Assembly: GCA_022072505.1 (NCBI GenBank)
Contig: JAJVHU010000022.1
Location: forward strand, 87,603 to 151,602
Reading direction: 5' to 3'
Length of the DNA: 64,000 nucleotides
From: Phycisphaerae bacterium
GTDB taxonomy: Bacteria; Planctomycetota; Phycisphaerae; UBA1845
Shown here in pieces: positions 17,021 through 26,993 of the stretch. The stretch's first letter is position 1. Every line of letters starts with the position of its first letter. The position numbers and the translations under genes were made by a program. The notes below the pieces were generated by a model, which did no database searches, was not told the origin of the DNA, and worked only from the letters and a program-made list of their open reading frames with translations.

Positions 17021-19690
17021 ATGAGAACAGGCGTGTTGCTGGGATTCTCGGTTCTTGTCGTGGGAGCGCTGGGGGGAGCGTGGTGGATTTCGGGCGCCGG
17101 GTCGTCCGACGCACCACCGGTCTCGTCCGAACTGACCGCGGCGCCGGCGACCGCGCCCGCGAACGCGGTCGCGCCGGCGGCGGCGGCGGCGAAGAAGAAG
17201 AAGAAGGAAGGGCGCTACGAGCATCCGTGGGACGCGGCGTACACGCGGTATTACCAGCGGGTCAGCGAAGACGGGGAGATTCCGCATGACGCGTTGATGT
17301 CGGCGCATCGCCAGCGGGAGGCGCTGCTGGCGGCGCAGGGGGAGCAGGGCGTCGCCGACGCGGGCATCTCTCGCGCGCGCTGGACGTGGCTGGGACCGGG
17401 TAACATCGGCGGGCGCATCCGTCCGATCCTGATTCATCCGACGGATCACAACCTGATCTGGGTCGGAAGCTGCAGCGGCGGGATCTGGGCGTCGACGAAC
17501 GCGGGGGGGCGGTTTGAACCGGTCGATGATTTTCTGCCGAACCTCGTGGTGACGGCGATGATCTTCGATCCGTTTGACCCCTCGGTCATGTATGCGGGCA
17601 CGGGCGAGGGCGGCTTCTTCCAGAACCCGGATGGCAGTTCGAACACCGCGGCGGTGCGCGGAGCGGGCGTGTTCAAGTCCACCGACGGCGGGCGAACCTG
17701 GGTCCGGCTGGAAAGCACCTCCGGTCCGGAGTGGTATCAGGTGTGTCGTCTTGCGGGAAGCCCGACGGAGCCGGACGTTCTCCTGGCGGCGACCGGCGCG
17801 GGGATCTACCGCAGCACCGACGGCGGACAGACCTGGTCGACGCGCTCCGCCGAGCGGACGCTGGATATTCGTTTTCATCCGACGGACGGGCAGATTGCAA
17901 TCGCGGGGCGCGCCGACGGGATCGCGCAGTATTCCAGCGACGGGGGGCAGACGTGGTCGAACGCGACGGGGATTTCGGGTACGCGCGTCGAACTGGCGTT
18001 CGCGCCGAGCAATCCGACGACGATCTACGCTTCGGTGAGCCGCAGCGGCAATCTCTTCTGTTATCGCTCGACGGACGGAGGGCGGACGTACGCGCAGCGC
18101 GGCGGCGGGTTCAGCACGCTGGCGCTGTATGACGACGCGATCTGGGTCCACCCGACGAACGCGAACTTCGTGGTCGTCGGCGGACTGGAGCTGCACCGCA
18201 GCACCAACGGCGGATCGAACTTCACGCGGATCAGCAGTTGGCCCCTGGCGCCCCGGTCGCCGCACGCCGACACGCACGCGATCGTGCAGCACCCGGCGTT
18301 CGACGGCACGACCAACAAGACGGTGTACATCGGCAACGACGGCGGGCTTTACCGCACGGACGACATCACGACGGCGACGGAGGACACCGGCTGGTTCGTG
18401 ATGAACAACAATCTCGGCGTGACGCAGTTCTACGGCGCCGCCGCCGGACCGCTTTCCGAAACGGTGGTCGGCGGAACCCAGGACAACGGCACGCTGCGCT
18501 ACCGGGGCGACCCGCAGAACTGGGACCGCATCTTCGGGGGGGACGGGACGTACGCCGCGGCGGACCCCACCGACGGCCGGGTCTTTTACGGCGGGTCGCA
18601 GCGGCTGAATCTCTTCCGCACCGACAACGGCGGGGATTCGACGCGCAGCATCGTCAACGGCGACAACTCGATCAGCGACCGAGGATCGAGCCGCTGCAAC
18701 TTCATCCCGCAGTTCGCGCTCGATCCGAACGATCCGAACCGGATGCTGGCGGCGGCGCGGTCGCTGTGGCGCACGAACAACGTCAAGGCGAGCACGGTGG
18801 ACTGGTTCTCGATCAAGCCTCCGGCGCAGGGCTGCTCGGCGGACCCGCGCGAGGAGCCGGATCACGAGCACGAGCACGGCGAGCAGGAGCCCCGCGGCGA
18901 TCATTTCACGAGCAATAACCCGTGCAACATCTCCACGTTCGCGGTGGCGCCCGGCAATTCAGACATCGTCTGGGTCGCGCACAACCGCGGCGACGTGTAC
19001 ATGACCACCAACGGAACGTCGGGCAGTCCGACGTGGATCCGGGTGGACGAGAACGGCCCGCTGCCGGTGCGCTGGATCAACAGCATCGCGATCTCTCCAC
19101 TGGATTCGAACCGTGTGTACGTCTCGTTGATGGGCTACGAGCCGGACAACGTCTGGCGCACGACGGACGCCGGGCAGACCTGGGAGCCGGTTGTCGGCAC
19201 GGGCGAGCGGGCGCTGCCGGCGGCGCCGGTGAGCTGGATTCTGCATCATCGCACCAAGGCGGGCTGGCTTTACGCGGGGACCGACGTGGGCATTTTCGCC
19301 AGCGAGGACGACGGCGCGACGTGGTCCACCACGAACGACGGACCGGCCGCCGTGACGCTGGACCAGCTTTTCTGGAAGGACGATTGCACCCTGGTCGCCG
19401 TCACGCACGGGCGAGGCATCTACCGGGCGGACGTGTGCGGATTGTGCGAGTCCGTCTCCCGCGTCAAGGCGAAGTGCAAACTCGCCCGGTCCAAATTGAA
19501 GGCCACGTCGATCACATCCTTGCCCGACGGGACGACGGTGTCTTTCATTCTGGACGCCGACCGCGAACTTGCCGCCACGGTGAATGCCCAGGGCAAGGCG
19601 AAGGCGGTGTTCAAGGAGGTGTCCGCGGGCAATCACGAAGTGTGCATGAAGGAATGCGCGACGCGCTGCGCGAGCACGGTCTGCGAGTGA
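17021..19690 (+). CDS. Secreted BNR/Asp-box-repeat beta-propeller protein (VPS10/glycosyl-hydrolase-like)
   Basis: Signal/anchor; repeated STDGG.TW Asp boxes; GPGNIGGRIR; ATG 17021 behind GGAGG. Confidence 0.8.
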   Translation: MRTGVLLGFSVLVVGALGGAWWISGAGSSDAPPVSSELTAAPATAPANAVAPAAAAAKKKKKEGRYEHPWDAAYTRYYQRVSEDGEIPHDALMSAHRQREALLAAQGEQGVADAGISRARWTWLGPGNIGGRIRPILIHPTDHNLIWVGSCSGGIWASTNAGGRFEPVDDFLPNLVVTAMIFDPFDPSVMYAGTGEGGFFQNPDGSSNTAAVRGAGVFKSTDGGRTWVRLESTSGPEWYQVCRLAGSPTEPDVLLAATGAGIYRSTDGGQTWSTRSAERTLDIRFHPTDGQIAIAGRADGIAQYSSDGGQTWSNATGISGTRVELAFAPSNPTTIYASVSRSGNLFCYRSTDGGRTYAQRGGGFSTLALYDDAIWVHPTNANFVVVGGLELHRSTNGGSNFTRISSWPLAPRSPHADTHAIVQHPAFDGTTNKTVYIGNDGGLYRTDDITTATEDTGWFVMNNNLGVTQFYGAAAGPLSETVVGGTQDNGTLRYRGDPQNWDRIFGGDGTYAAADPTDGRVFYGGSQRLNLFRTDNGGDSTRSIVNGDNSISDRGSSRCNFIPQFALDPNDPNRMLAAARSLWRTNNVKASTVDWFSIKPPAQGCSADPREEPDHEHEHGEQEPRGDHFTSNNPCNISTFAVAPGNSDIVWVAHNRGDVYMTTNGTSGSPTWIRVDENGPLPVRWINSIAISPLDSNRVYVSLMGYEPDNVWRTTDAGQTWEPVVGTGERALPAAPVSWILHHRTKAGWLYAGTDVGIFASEDDGATWSTTNDGPAAVTLDQLFWKDDCTLVAVTHGRGIYRADVCGLCESVSRVKAKCKLARSKLKATSITSLPDGTTVSFILDADRELAATVNAQGKAKAVFKEVSAGNHEVCMKECATRCASTVCE

Positions 19691-19895
19691 CGCGAGGAGC
19701 AGGTCCGCGCCCGCGTGACGCCCGGGAGGCGTCCGCGGGCGGGATCGAGCGATGACGGGAAGCCGGCGCAGAAAGGCGCGGTTTTCCCAGCAGGTTGCGG
19801 CGTCTGACCTGGGACACCCCGATCCTGTCGGGCAGACGGGACGCCCGGCGTTCGGACTGGTCGGGCTCAGCAAGGAGTTATTTATTCGTAAAGCA

Positions 19896-19923
19896 TTGAA
19901 AATTAGTATCTTAGATGTAGATT
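19896..19923 (+). promoter_or_regulatory. Sigma70-type promoter of nuo operon (TTGAAA-N16-TAGATT)
   Basis: Sits in the only markedly AT-rich patch upstream of nuoA. Confidence 0.45.
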
Positions 19924-19939
19924 GTGAAATTTTTCCCGA
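19922..19939 (+). promoter_or_regulatory. Rex-like operator TTGTGAA-ATTT-TTCCCGA
   Basis: 12/14 match to Rex consensus TTGTGAA-N4-TTCACAA; overlaps predicted -10. Confidence 0.4.
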
Positions 19940-20039
19940 TTTCACCCGATAACAGGTATACAGTGTGCGGGCCCAGTGTTAGGATCGGGCAGGTTATCTC
20001 GGGTCGGGATGTTGCGGGAACCGGCGGATAAAGCAAGTC

Positions 20040-20447
20040 ATGCTTGAATCGTATCAGATCCTCGCAATTTGCATTCTCGGTGTCGTGGCTGCGGCGGGCG
20101 GGGCGTTGATCGTCGCCCACGTGATCGGTCCCGGACGGCGGGGGAAGGTCAAGGATCAGCCCTACGAATCGGGCATGCCGGTCGTGCATGACATCGCACG
20201 GCGGTTCAACATCCGCTTCTACATCATCGCGATGCTCTTCCTGCTGTTCGATGTGGAAATCGTGTTCATCTGGCCTTGGGCGGAGGCGTTCTACCAGAGT
20301 TGCACGAACGGGACGGGGTCGATCATCGTGGACGACGGGACGGTGGCGACGAAGGGGTTTCTGCTTTTCGGGATGGGGATGTTTTTCCTGATCCTGCTGC
20401 TGGGTCTGGTGTACGAGTGGAAGAAGGGGGCGTTTGAATGGGACTAG
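20040..20447 (+). CDS. nuoA: NADH-quinone oxidoreductase subunit A
   Basis: [30 protein letters not shown]. Confidence 0.97.
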   Translation: MLESYQILAICILGVVAAAGGALIVAHVIGPGRRGKVKDQPYESGMPVVHDIARRFNIRFYIIAMLFLLFDVEIVFIWPWAEAFYQSCTNGTGSIIVDDGTVATKGFLLFGMGMFFLILLLGLVYEWKKGAFEWD

Positions 20448-21037
20448 CGACTTCGGAATCGGCGTTCACGCGCGGAACGGAGTATTCGCTTTCGCGCCTC
20501 GACACCTTCACCGACCTCTTCAAGAAGTACGGGATCAACTGGGCGCGGAAGTATTCGCTGTGGCCGATGCCCTTCGGGACGGCCTGCTGCGGGATTGAGC
20601 TGATGGCGGTGGGGGCGTCGCGCTACGACATCGGGCGCTTCGGCGCGGAGGCGATGCGGTTCACGCCGCGGCAGTGCGACCTGCTGATCGTCGCCGGTCG
20701 CGTGGCGATCAAGATGCTGCCCGTGCTTCAGCGGATTTACAAGCAGATGTCGGAGCCGAAGTGGGTCATCAGCATGGGCGCCTGCGCGAGCACCGGGGGC
20801 GTGTTCGACACGTATGCCGTGGTGCAGGGCATTGATCAGTTTCTGCCGGTGGACGTGTACATTCCCGGCTGCCCGCCGAGGCCGGAGACGATCCTCGAAG
20901 GCTTGATGGCGATCCAGCGGATCGTGGAGAACGACGGGGTGAAGAGCAGCGCCGAGCGCGGACGCGGGCTGGGGATGGTCGTGGACGCGCCGGTGCAGGT
21001 GGCGGTTCCGCTGAACGTGGAGAAGTCGGTGAATTGA
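20438..21037 (+). CDS. nuoB: NADH-quinone oxidoreductase subunit B
   Basis: [28 protein letters not shown]. Confidence 0.97.
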   Translation: MGLATSESAFTRGTEYSLSRLDTFTDLFKKYGINWARKYSLWPMPFGTACCGIELMAVGASRYDIGRFGAEAMRFTPRQCDLLIVAGRVAIKMLPVLQRIYKQMSEPKWVISMGACASTGGVFDTYAVVQGIDQFLPVDVYIPGCPPRPETILEGLMAIQRIVENDGVKSSAERGRGLGMVVDAPVQVAVPLNVEKSVN

Positions 21038-21080
21038 GGGCGCTATGGTGACGATCCCGGACAAATCGAGGGAGCCGCTC

Positions 21081-21494
21081 ATGGGTGAGATCAGGGTGAA
21101 GGTGAGGCTTACGAACGCGGTGGACGAGGCGCTTGCCCGACGCGGGCGAATCCCAGCCGCCGAGGTTCGCGTCTATGAAGCGGACGCTATGGTTGACACG
21201 GGCGCGGTTCGTTCAGTGATTCCAACTCACGTTCTTCAACGACTTGGAATTGAGACACGCGGGGAGCGCGTAGCCGAATATGCCGACGGTCGGTGCGATA
21301 CGGTCGGCGTTTCCGAACCCATCATTTTTGAGCTTCAAGGGCGGGATACGCTTGAGGAGGCGCTGGTGCTCGGAGATGAGGTGCTCATCGGTCAGACGGT
21401 CCTTGAGAAGCTCGATCTTCTCGCGGATTGCTCGGGTCGGCGTCTTGTCCCCAACCCCGCGCACCCGGATCAACCCGTGACCAAGGTCAAGTGA
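21081..21494 (+). CDS. Clan AA (retropepsin-like) aspartyl protease
   Basis: AMVDTGA motif and LIGQTVLE flap motif. Confidence 0.8.
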   Translation: MGEIRVKVRLTNAVDEALARRGRIPAAEVRVYEADAMVDTGAVRSVIPTHVLQRLGIETRGERVAEYADGRCDTVGVSEPIIFELQGRDTLEEALVLGDEVLIGQTVLEKLDLLADCSGRRLVPNPAHPDQPVTKVK

Positions 21495-22051
21495 TGGTCC
21501 GAGGGGAAGGCGCGGTGAACGCGAAATCCGAACAAGTCGTGGCGACGTTGACGGAGCGGTTTCCGGACATTGCTTTCGCGCCCTTTGCGTTGGCGGCGAC
21601 CCGGCGTCCGGAAGACGAGCAGACGTGCGTGCGCGTTCCGGCGGATCGGTTGCTGGAGGTGATGAGGTTTTTGTACGACGACCCGCGCTGCCGGTTCGAG
21701 CAGTTGTGCGACCTGACGTGCGTGGATTACCTGAACTTTCCGAAGGCGCGGGATCGGTATGGCGTGACGTACTCGCTGTTGTCGCTGTCTCTGGAGCAGC
21801 GGATCTGGGCGAAGTGCTTCGTGAACGACCCGAGTCCGGAGGCGCCGAGCGTGACGGGCATCTGGCGCGGGGCGGAGTGGATGGAGCGCGAAGTGTACGA
21901 CCTTTTCGGCGTGCGGTTTGCCGGACATCCAGACTTGCGGCGGATCATGACGTGGGAAGGGTTCACGGCGCACCCGCTTCGGAAGGACTATCCCCTGCGC
22001 GGACGCGGCGAGCGGGAGCGCTTCGAGGTTGTGACGACGGAGAGCGCGTGA
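21494..22051 (+). CDS. nuoC: NADH-quinone oxidoreductase subunit C
   Basis: WMEREVYDLFGVRF.GHPDLRRI, HPLRKDYP; start ATG 21494 or GTG 21515. Confidence 0.95.
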   Translation: MVRGEGAVNAKSEQVVATLTERFPDIAFAPFALAATRRPEDEQTCVRVPADRLLEVMRFLYDDPRCRFEQLCDLTCVDYLNFPKARDRYGVTYSLLSLSLEQRIWAKCFVNDPSPEAPSVTGIWRGAEWMEREVYDLFGVRFAGHPDLRRIMTWEGFTAHPLRKDYPLRGRGERERFEVVTTESA

Positions 22052-22056
22052 GGAGA

Positions 22057-22161
22057 GGCAACAGGGAATAGGCGACAGGGAATAGGCAATAGGCAATAGG
22101 CAATAGGCAACAGGCAACAGGCAACAGGCAACAGGCAACAGGCAACAGGCAACAGGGAACA
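22057..22161 (+). repeat. Heptamer tandem repeat GG(C/G)AA(C/T)A x15
   Basis: Counted 15 consecutive 7-nt units. Confidence 0.95.
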
Positions 22162-22261
22162 GGGAAAAAACCTTGGCAGAAGTCTGCGTGCTGTTTCTTG
22201 ACGGTGTGCATTGCAGGAGTCACGGGGCGAAAGCGAACTTCGGGCCGGTGGGAGGGTAGAC

Positions 22262-22732
22262 ATGAATCTGTTCGACAATCCACAGAAGACCGGCGAGATC
22301 GTGCGTGAACTCACGGTCTCATACTGGATGGAGATGGAGACGATCCAGAATTACCTGGCGAACTCGGAGAACCTGGACGGCGTGCGGGCCGAGGAGATCA
22401 AGAAGGCGCTCGCCGCGGACATCGCCGCCGAGCTTGGCCACGCGACGCAGCTCGCCAAGCGCATCCGCGTCCTCGGCGGGCGCGTGCCGGGAAGCATGGA
22501 GTTCGTGGCGTCGCAGAAGTCGCTTCAGCCGCCGAAGGACTCGACCGACGTGGTCAGCGTCATCAAGGGCGTCATCGACGCGGAGGACGGCGCGATCCAC
22601 CAGTACCGCAAGATCATCCGCCTGTGCGACGGGTACGACTACGCGACTCAGGACTTGTGCATCACGCTGATGGAGAACGAGGAGTCGCACCGGCGGGAGT
22701 TCGTGGGGTTTTTGAGGGAGTATGAGAAGTAG
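22262..22732 (+). CDS. Ferritin-like (bacterioferritin/rubrerythrin-type) four-helix protein
   Basis: E..ELGHA ... AEDGAI..Y ... EESH di-iron pattern. Confidence 0.85.
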   Translation: MNLFDNPQKTGEIVRELTVSYWMEMETIQNYLANSENLDGVRAEEIKKALAADIAAELGHATQLAKRIRVLGGRVPGSMEFVASQKSLQPPKDSTDVVSVIKGVIDAEDGAIHQYRKIIRLCDGYDYATQDLCITLMENEESHRREFVGFLREYEK

Positions 22733-22777
22733 GGTCATCTTGCTTCAGAAGGCGCGTTTACTACGGGGTTGGAAACC

Positions 22778-23023
22778 ATGCGGAGCTTAAGGAAGGAGAA
22801 AGTAGTCGCTACCAGAAAACGACGACGCGAGGTCGCGGAGGAGATGGAGGCTTTGCGATCGGCGCAACGCAACCAGCGCTTCGCGGCAGCGTGGCGCATG
22901 TCTGAGTTGACGCACTACATTCAAACCGGGCAGTGCGCAATGCCGCGCCTGGATCGGAGCGTCGCATCTTTGTGGAAACGTACGCCACGGGGGCGGCGGC
23001 TTATCCGGCGGATCTCCTTATGA
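22778..23023 (+). CDS. Small basic hypothetical protein
   Basis: Open frame; stop overlaps (ATGA) the ATG of the nuoD 5' copy. Confidence 0.45.
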   Translation: MRSLRKEKVVATRKRRREVAEEMEALRSAQRNQRFAAAWRMSELTHYIQTGQCAMPRLDRSVASLWKRTPRGRRLIRRISL

Positions 23024-23142
23024 CCACTGCCACCACCATCCCGCCCGAACCGTCTACATTCGCCCCGGAGGAACCCGGCGGCGATTTGTGGACGCCGCAC
23101 TTGGGCCCGTGGTGCCCGGCGACGCATACCGCCCCGCCCCGG
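23020..23142 (+). repeat. Abandoned copy of the first about 40 codons of nuoD
   Basis: MTTATTIPPEPSTFAPEEPGGDLWTPHLGP vs MTTATYNPPEPSTFAPEEPGGDLWTLNFGP at 23573. Confidence 0.95.
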
Positions 23143-23229
23143 GTGCATGGTCGCGGCGTGGAGAGTGTCATTCCGCGTCGCGGGAATAGCGTAACACAGT
23201 TGGTTCAGGCGTATCGGAGTTGAGTCGCG

Positions 23230-23427
23230 ATGATCGCGTACAAGACCATTGCCACACTCTCGAAAGACCATTCCGTCACGCTCGAAGCGTTGCCGTTCTC
23301 GGCGGGTGAACAGGTGGAGGTCATTCTTCTTGCGAGAACACCCGGCAACGGCGAGCCGACCTTCCCGCTGCGTGGTCGGCCTGTGAAATATGTGAACCCG
23401 ACAGACCCTGTCGGGGAAAAGGATTGA
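23230..23427 (+). CDS. Small antitoxin-like protein, possibly C-terminally truncated
   Basis: VTLEALPFSAGEQVEVILL...PLRGRPVKY..PTDPV pattern. Confidence 0.6.
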   Translation: MIAYKTIATLSKDHSVTLEALPFSAGEQVEVILLARTPGNGEPTFPLRGRPVKYVNPTDPVGEKD

Positions 23428-23441
23428 GGACGGGTTGTCCG

Positions 23442-23552
23442 CGTGATCCGGTGGACCAGCTCATTGCGGCGACGGCGCGAATCCACGGATGTGAGCTTGC
23501 AACAGTGGATAACCGGATCATTCGCAGCGGCGTGGTACAAACGCTGAGGTGA
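23442..23552 (+). pseudogene. C-terminal remnant of VapC/PilT PIN toxin
   Basis: RDPVDQLIAATARIHGCELATVDNRI; N-terminal two-thirds absent. Confidence 0.75.
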
Positions 23553-23572
23553 AGAACGAGACGGCATAAATC

Positions 23573-24832
23573 ATGACCACCGCAACCTACAATCCACCTG
23601 AACCGTCCACGTTCGCTCCGGAAGAACCCGGCGGCGATTTGTGGACGCTGAACTTCGGGCCGCAGCATCCGGCGACGCATACCACCCTGCGCCTCGTGCT
23701 GGAGCTTGACGGCGAACGCGTGCTGCGCGCCACGCCGCACATCGGGTATCTGCACAGCGGGTTCGAGAAGCTCGGGGAGCACCTGAACTACAATCAGTAT
23801 GTGGTCGTCACGGACCGCATGAACTACGTCTCGCCGATGGCCAACAATCTCGCGTGGCATCACGCGTGCGAAAGACTTTTCGACATCGAGATCACGCCGC
23901 GGTGCAAGGTGATCCGAACGATCTGCGCGGAGCTGGCGCGGATTCAGGACCATCTGCTCTGCGTCGGCGCTGCGGCGCTCGACCTCGGCGCGCTGACGGC
24001 GTTTCTGTACGGCTTCAACGAGCGCGAGATGATCTACGACCTGTTCGAGGAGATCTGCGGGGCGCGGTTCACGGTCAGCTACACGCGCGTCGGCGGGCTT
24101 ATGCAGGACATTCCGGCGGAGTGGCCCGCGCATGTGAAGGCGTTCTGCAAACATTTGCCGACAGCGATCGCCGATCTGGAATCGCTGCTGAACCGCAATC
24201 GCATTTTCATCGAGCGCACGAAGGGCGTGGGCGTGATCGGGCGCGAGGACGCGATCAACTGGGGTCTGACGGGTCCGCTCGCGCGTTCCGCCGGCGTGCG
24301 CCGCGACCTTCGCAAGGATGAGCCGTACCTGTGCTACGCGGCCGACTGGGACGGCAAGGGTTCGTCGGGCGTGGAGTTCAAGGTGCCGATCGCGACGGGC
24401 GGCGACGTGCTCGCGCGATACCTGGTGCGCCTGGAGGAGATCAAGCAGTCGCTGTCCATCCTTGCGCAACTGGTGGACAACATTCCGCCGGGTCCGATCA
24501 ATGTGCTGCCCGACGACAAGAAGGCGCTGCCGGACAAGCGCGAAGTGTACTTCAGCATCGAGGGCCTGATCCACCACTTCGAGACGATCATGACCAACCG
24601 GGGCTTCACGCCGCCTGTGGGCGAGGCATACGGTTGCCAGGAAACCGCCAACGGCGAACTGGGTTTCTACCTGGTCAGCGACGGCGGCAACTGCGCGTAT
24701 CGCGCGAGATGCCGCCCGCCGAGCTTCATCAATTACCAGTGCTTTCCGAAGCTCGTGGAAGGGCACCAGATCAGCGACGTGGTGGCGATCCTCGGGTCGC
24801 TGAATATCATCGCGGCGGAGTTGGACCGGTGA
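23573..24832 (+). CDS. nuoD: NADH-quinone oxidoreductase subunit D
   Basis: NFGPQHPATH, GYLHSGFEK, DRMNY, C-terminal ELDR. Confidence 0.97.
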   Translation: MTTATYNPPEPSTFAPEEPGGDLWTLNFGPQHPATHTTLRLVLELDGERVLRATPHIGYLHSGFEKLGEHLNYNQYVVVTDRMNYVSPMANNLAWHHACERLFDIEITPRCKVIRTICAELARIQDHLLCVGAAALDLGALTAFLYGFNEREMIYDLFEEICGARFTVSYTRVGGLMQDIPAEWPAHVKAFCKHLPTAIADLESLLNRNRIFIERTKGVGVIGREDAINWGLTGPLARSAGVRRDLRKDEPYLCYAADWDGKGSSGVEFKVPIATGGDVLARYLVRLEEIKQSLSILAQLVDNIPPGPINVLPDDKKALPDKREVYFSIEGLIHHFETIMTNRGFTPPVGEAYGCQETANGELGFYLVSDGGNCAYRARCRPPSFINYQCFPKLVEGHQISDVVAILGSLNIIAAELDR

Positions 24833-24844
24833 GGACTATCCCGG

Positions 24845-25444
24845 ATGGTACAGCACGCACCGAATATTGAATGGCATTTTCGAGCCGTGGAACGTATCGA
24901 GCGACTACTCAAGACGGTAACTTCCGCTCTCGACGCGGCCGGGATTGAGTATGCGGTCATCGGCGGCAACGCCGTAGCGACCTGGGTCGCCTCCCGCGAC
25001 GAGGGGGCTGTCCGCGCCACCAAGGACGTGGATATTCTGCTTCGCAAGAGTGATATCCAACGCGTGGCGGATACGCTCGCTCCGCTTGGGTTCATCAGCG
25101 CGGACGTGATGGGCATCCCCGTATTCATGGAGGCGTCGCACCCGCTTCCGAGCCAGGGCGTGCACGTGATCGTCGCCGGCGAGAAAGTCCGGCAGACGTC
25201 TTGTCATGTTGCCCCGGATGTTCGCTCCGTGACCCGATCCGCCAGCGGACACCTGGTCCTGGACCTCCTGCCGCTTGTGATGATGAAACTGGATGCATTT
25301 CGATTGCGGGACCAGACGCATCTGGTGGATATGCTCTCGGTCGGCTTGCTGGACGCGAGTTGGAAGGACAAACTGCCCGAAGACCTGCGGCCACGGTTCG
25401 AGCAGGTACTGGAAGCCTATGAGCGGGAAGAGCGCCGCGGATGA
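24845..25444 (+). CDS. Nucleotidyltransferase-fold protein (AbiEii/AbiGii-like)
   Basis: YAVIGGNAV ... RATKDVDILL ... MKLDAFRLRDQTHL. Confidence 0.7.
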   Translation: MVQHAPNIEWHFRAVERIERLLKTVTSALDAAGIEYAVIGGNAVATWVASRDEGAVRATKDVDILLRKSDIQRVADTLAPLGFISADVMGIPVFMEASHPLPSQGVHVIVAGEKVRQTSCHVAPDVRSVTRSASGHLVLDLLPLVMMKLDAFRLRDQTHLVDMLSVGLLDASWKDKLPEDLRPRFEQVLEAYEREERRG

Positions 25445-25501
25445 GCGGAATCGCATCGGGTCGCCAGACCGTCAAACAAAGCGTCGCTAGAGGACGTCTC
25501 G

Positions 25502-26050
25502 ATGGACGCCTTTGAGAATCTTGTGGCAACCTTGGTCCATGCCGACGGTTACTGGGTGAGGACCTCGTTCGCGGTTGAGCTTACAAAAGATGAGAAGCGT
25601 GCGGTCGACAACCCAACCATGCCCCGACCGGAGATCGACGTGCTTGCCTACAAGCCGGCGCTAAACGAGGTTCTCGTAATAGAGTGCAAATCGTACCTGG
25701 ATTCCACGGGCGTGACGCATCGGAACTTTACAGAGACGAGTAAACATCGTTACAAGTTGTTTCACAATCCGGTCCTTTGGCGCGTTGTCGGAAGGGCGAT
25801 CATCAGACAACTGGAAAAATCAGGCGCAATCCTAAGCGGCGCACGGGCGACGCTTTGTCTGGCGACGGGAAGAATACGAAATAATTCAGACCGCGAGTTG
25901 CTTCACGCCGTGTTCAGCAAGCGCGGTTGGAGGCTGTTTGACGACAGGTGGATATCCGAGCGGACGCAGGGCATGGCGAAGTCGGCGTATGTCAACGACG
26001 CGGCGATCATCGCCCTAAAGATGGCCGATCGCTTCCGCGGCGCCTCCTAG
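25502..26050 (+). CDS. PD-(D/E)XK nuclease-like protein
   Basis: EIDVLAY ... VIECKSY motif. Confidence 0.6.
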   Translation: MDAFENLVATLVHADGYWVRTSFAVELTKDEKRAVDNPTMPRPEIDVLAYKPALNEVLVIECKSYLDSTGVTHRNFTETSKHRYKLFHNPVLWRVVGRAIIRQLEKSGAILSGARATLCLATGRIRNNSDRELLHAVFSKRGWRLFDDRWISERTQGMAKSAYVNDAAIIALKMADRFRGAS

Positions 26051-26107
26051 AGAATGGCGCGCCGTGGCGGTGTGCGGCTCCTGAAAAGACTAAGTTGATG
26101 AGGACTT

Positions 26108-26770
26108 ATGGCCTGGATACCCCTCGATCGTAACAAACCCGCGTTCCCAAAGGACGCGCCGCCGATCCTCACCGAAGCAGTGCGCGAAAAGATACGCTTC
26201 TTCTTTTCGCGTTACGCGACGAGGCGCGCGGTGCTGCTGCCCGCGCTGCATGTCGTGCAAGACGCGCTGGGGCACGTCTCGATGCAGGCGATGACGGAAA
26301 TCGCCGAGCTGCTCGAGATTCACCCGTCGGAGGTGATGGACACGGTTTCGTTCTACACGCACTTCTGGACGCATCCGAAGGGTAAGAAAGTGATCGTCGC
26401 GTGCCGGAGCATTTCGTGCGAAGCGCTCGGCGGTCAGAAGGTGATCGACGCGGTCAAGCAGCACCTGCACGTTCGCGAGCACGGCACGACGGCGGACGGG
26501 ACGTACAGCTTCATGACCGAGGAGTGCCTGGCCGGATGCGACCACGCCCCGTGCCTGCTGATCGGCGAGCGGATGCACAAGCAGGTCAAGCCGGAGGACG
26601 TGCCGAAGCTGCTGGCGGACGCGGGGAACGACCGGATCGCGGCGCCGCGCAGCGACTTGTTCGACGCGCCGGCGGCGAAGGGCGGCGCGTCGAACGGACG
26701 TCCCGGAGGGGGTTCCAGCGCGGAGACGGTCGGCGCGACCAGCGACATCCGCGAAATGCGTGAGGCGTAG
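26108..26770 (+). CDS. nuoE: NADH-quinone oxidoreductase subunit E
   Basis: VSFYTHF, CRSISC, ECLAGCDHAP 2Fe-2S ligands. Confidence 0.95.
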   Translation: MAWIPLDRNKPAFPKDAPPILTEAVREKIRFFFSRYATRRAVLLPALHVVQDALGHVSMQAMTEIAELLEIHPSEVMDTVSFYTHFWTHPKGKKVIVACRSISCEALGGQKVIDAVKQHLHVREHGTTADGTYSFMTEECLAGCDHAPCLLIGERMHKQVKPEDVPKLLADAGNDRIAAPRSDLFDAPAAKGGASNGRPGGGSSAETVGATSDIREMREA

Positions 26771-26993
26771 GAATCGCACGACGCGATGGATCCGGCGGCA
26801 GGCGAGCACGAGTCTTTCAACGCGCCGGAGCCCGGCAAGCCGTCGCGCGGGGCAAAGGTCGCGCGGACGTCTGAAGCGCACGGTTCCGGCGGTGCGGCGC
26901 CGCAGGAGCAGGGGGCATCGGGTCCGCCGATCGCGGGCGCAGGCGGATCAATCTGGGCGTGCGATTACTCCCTGTCGGACGTGAAGACGTGGC

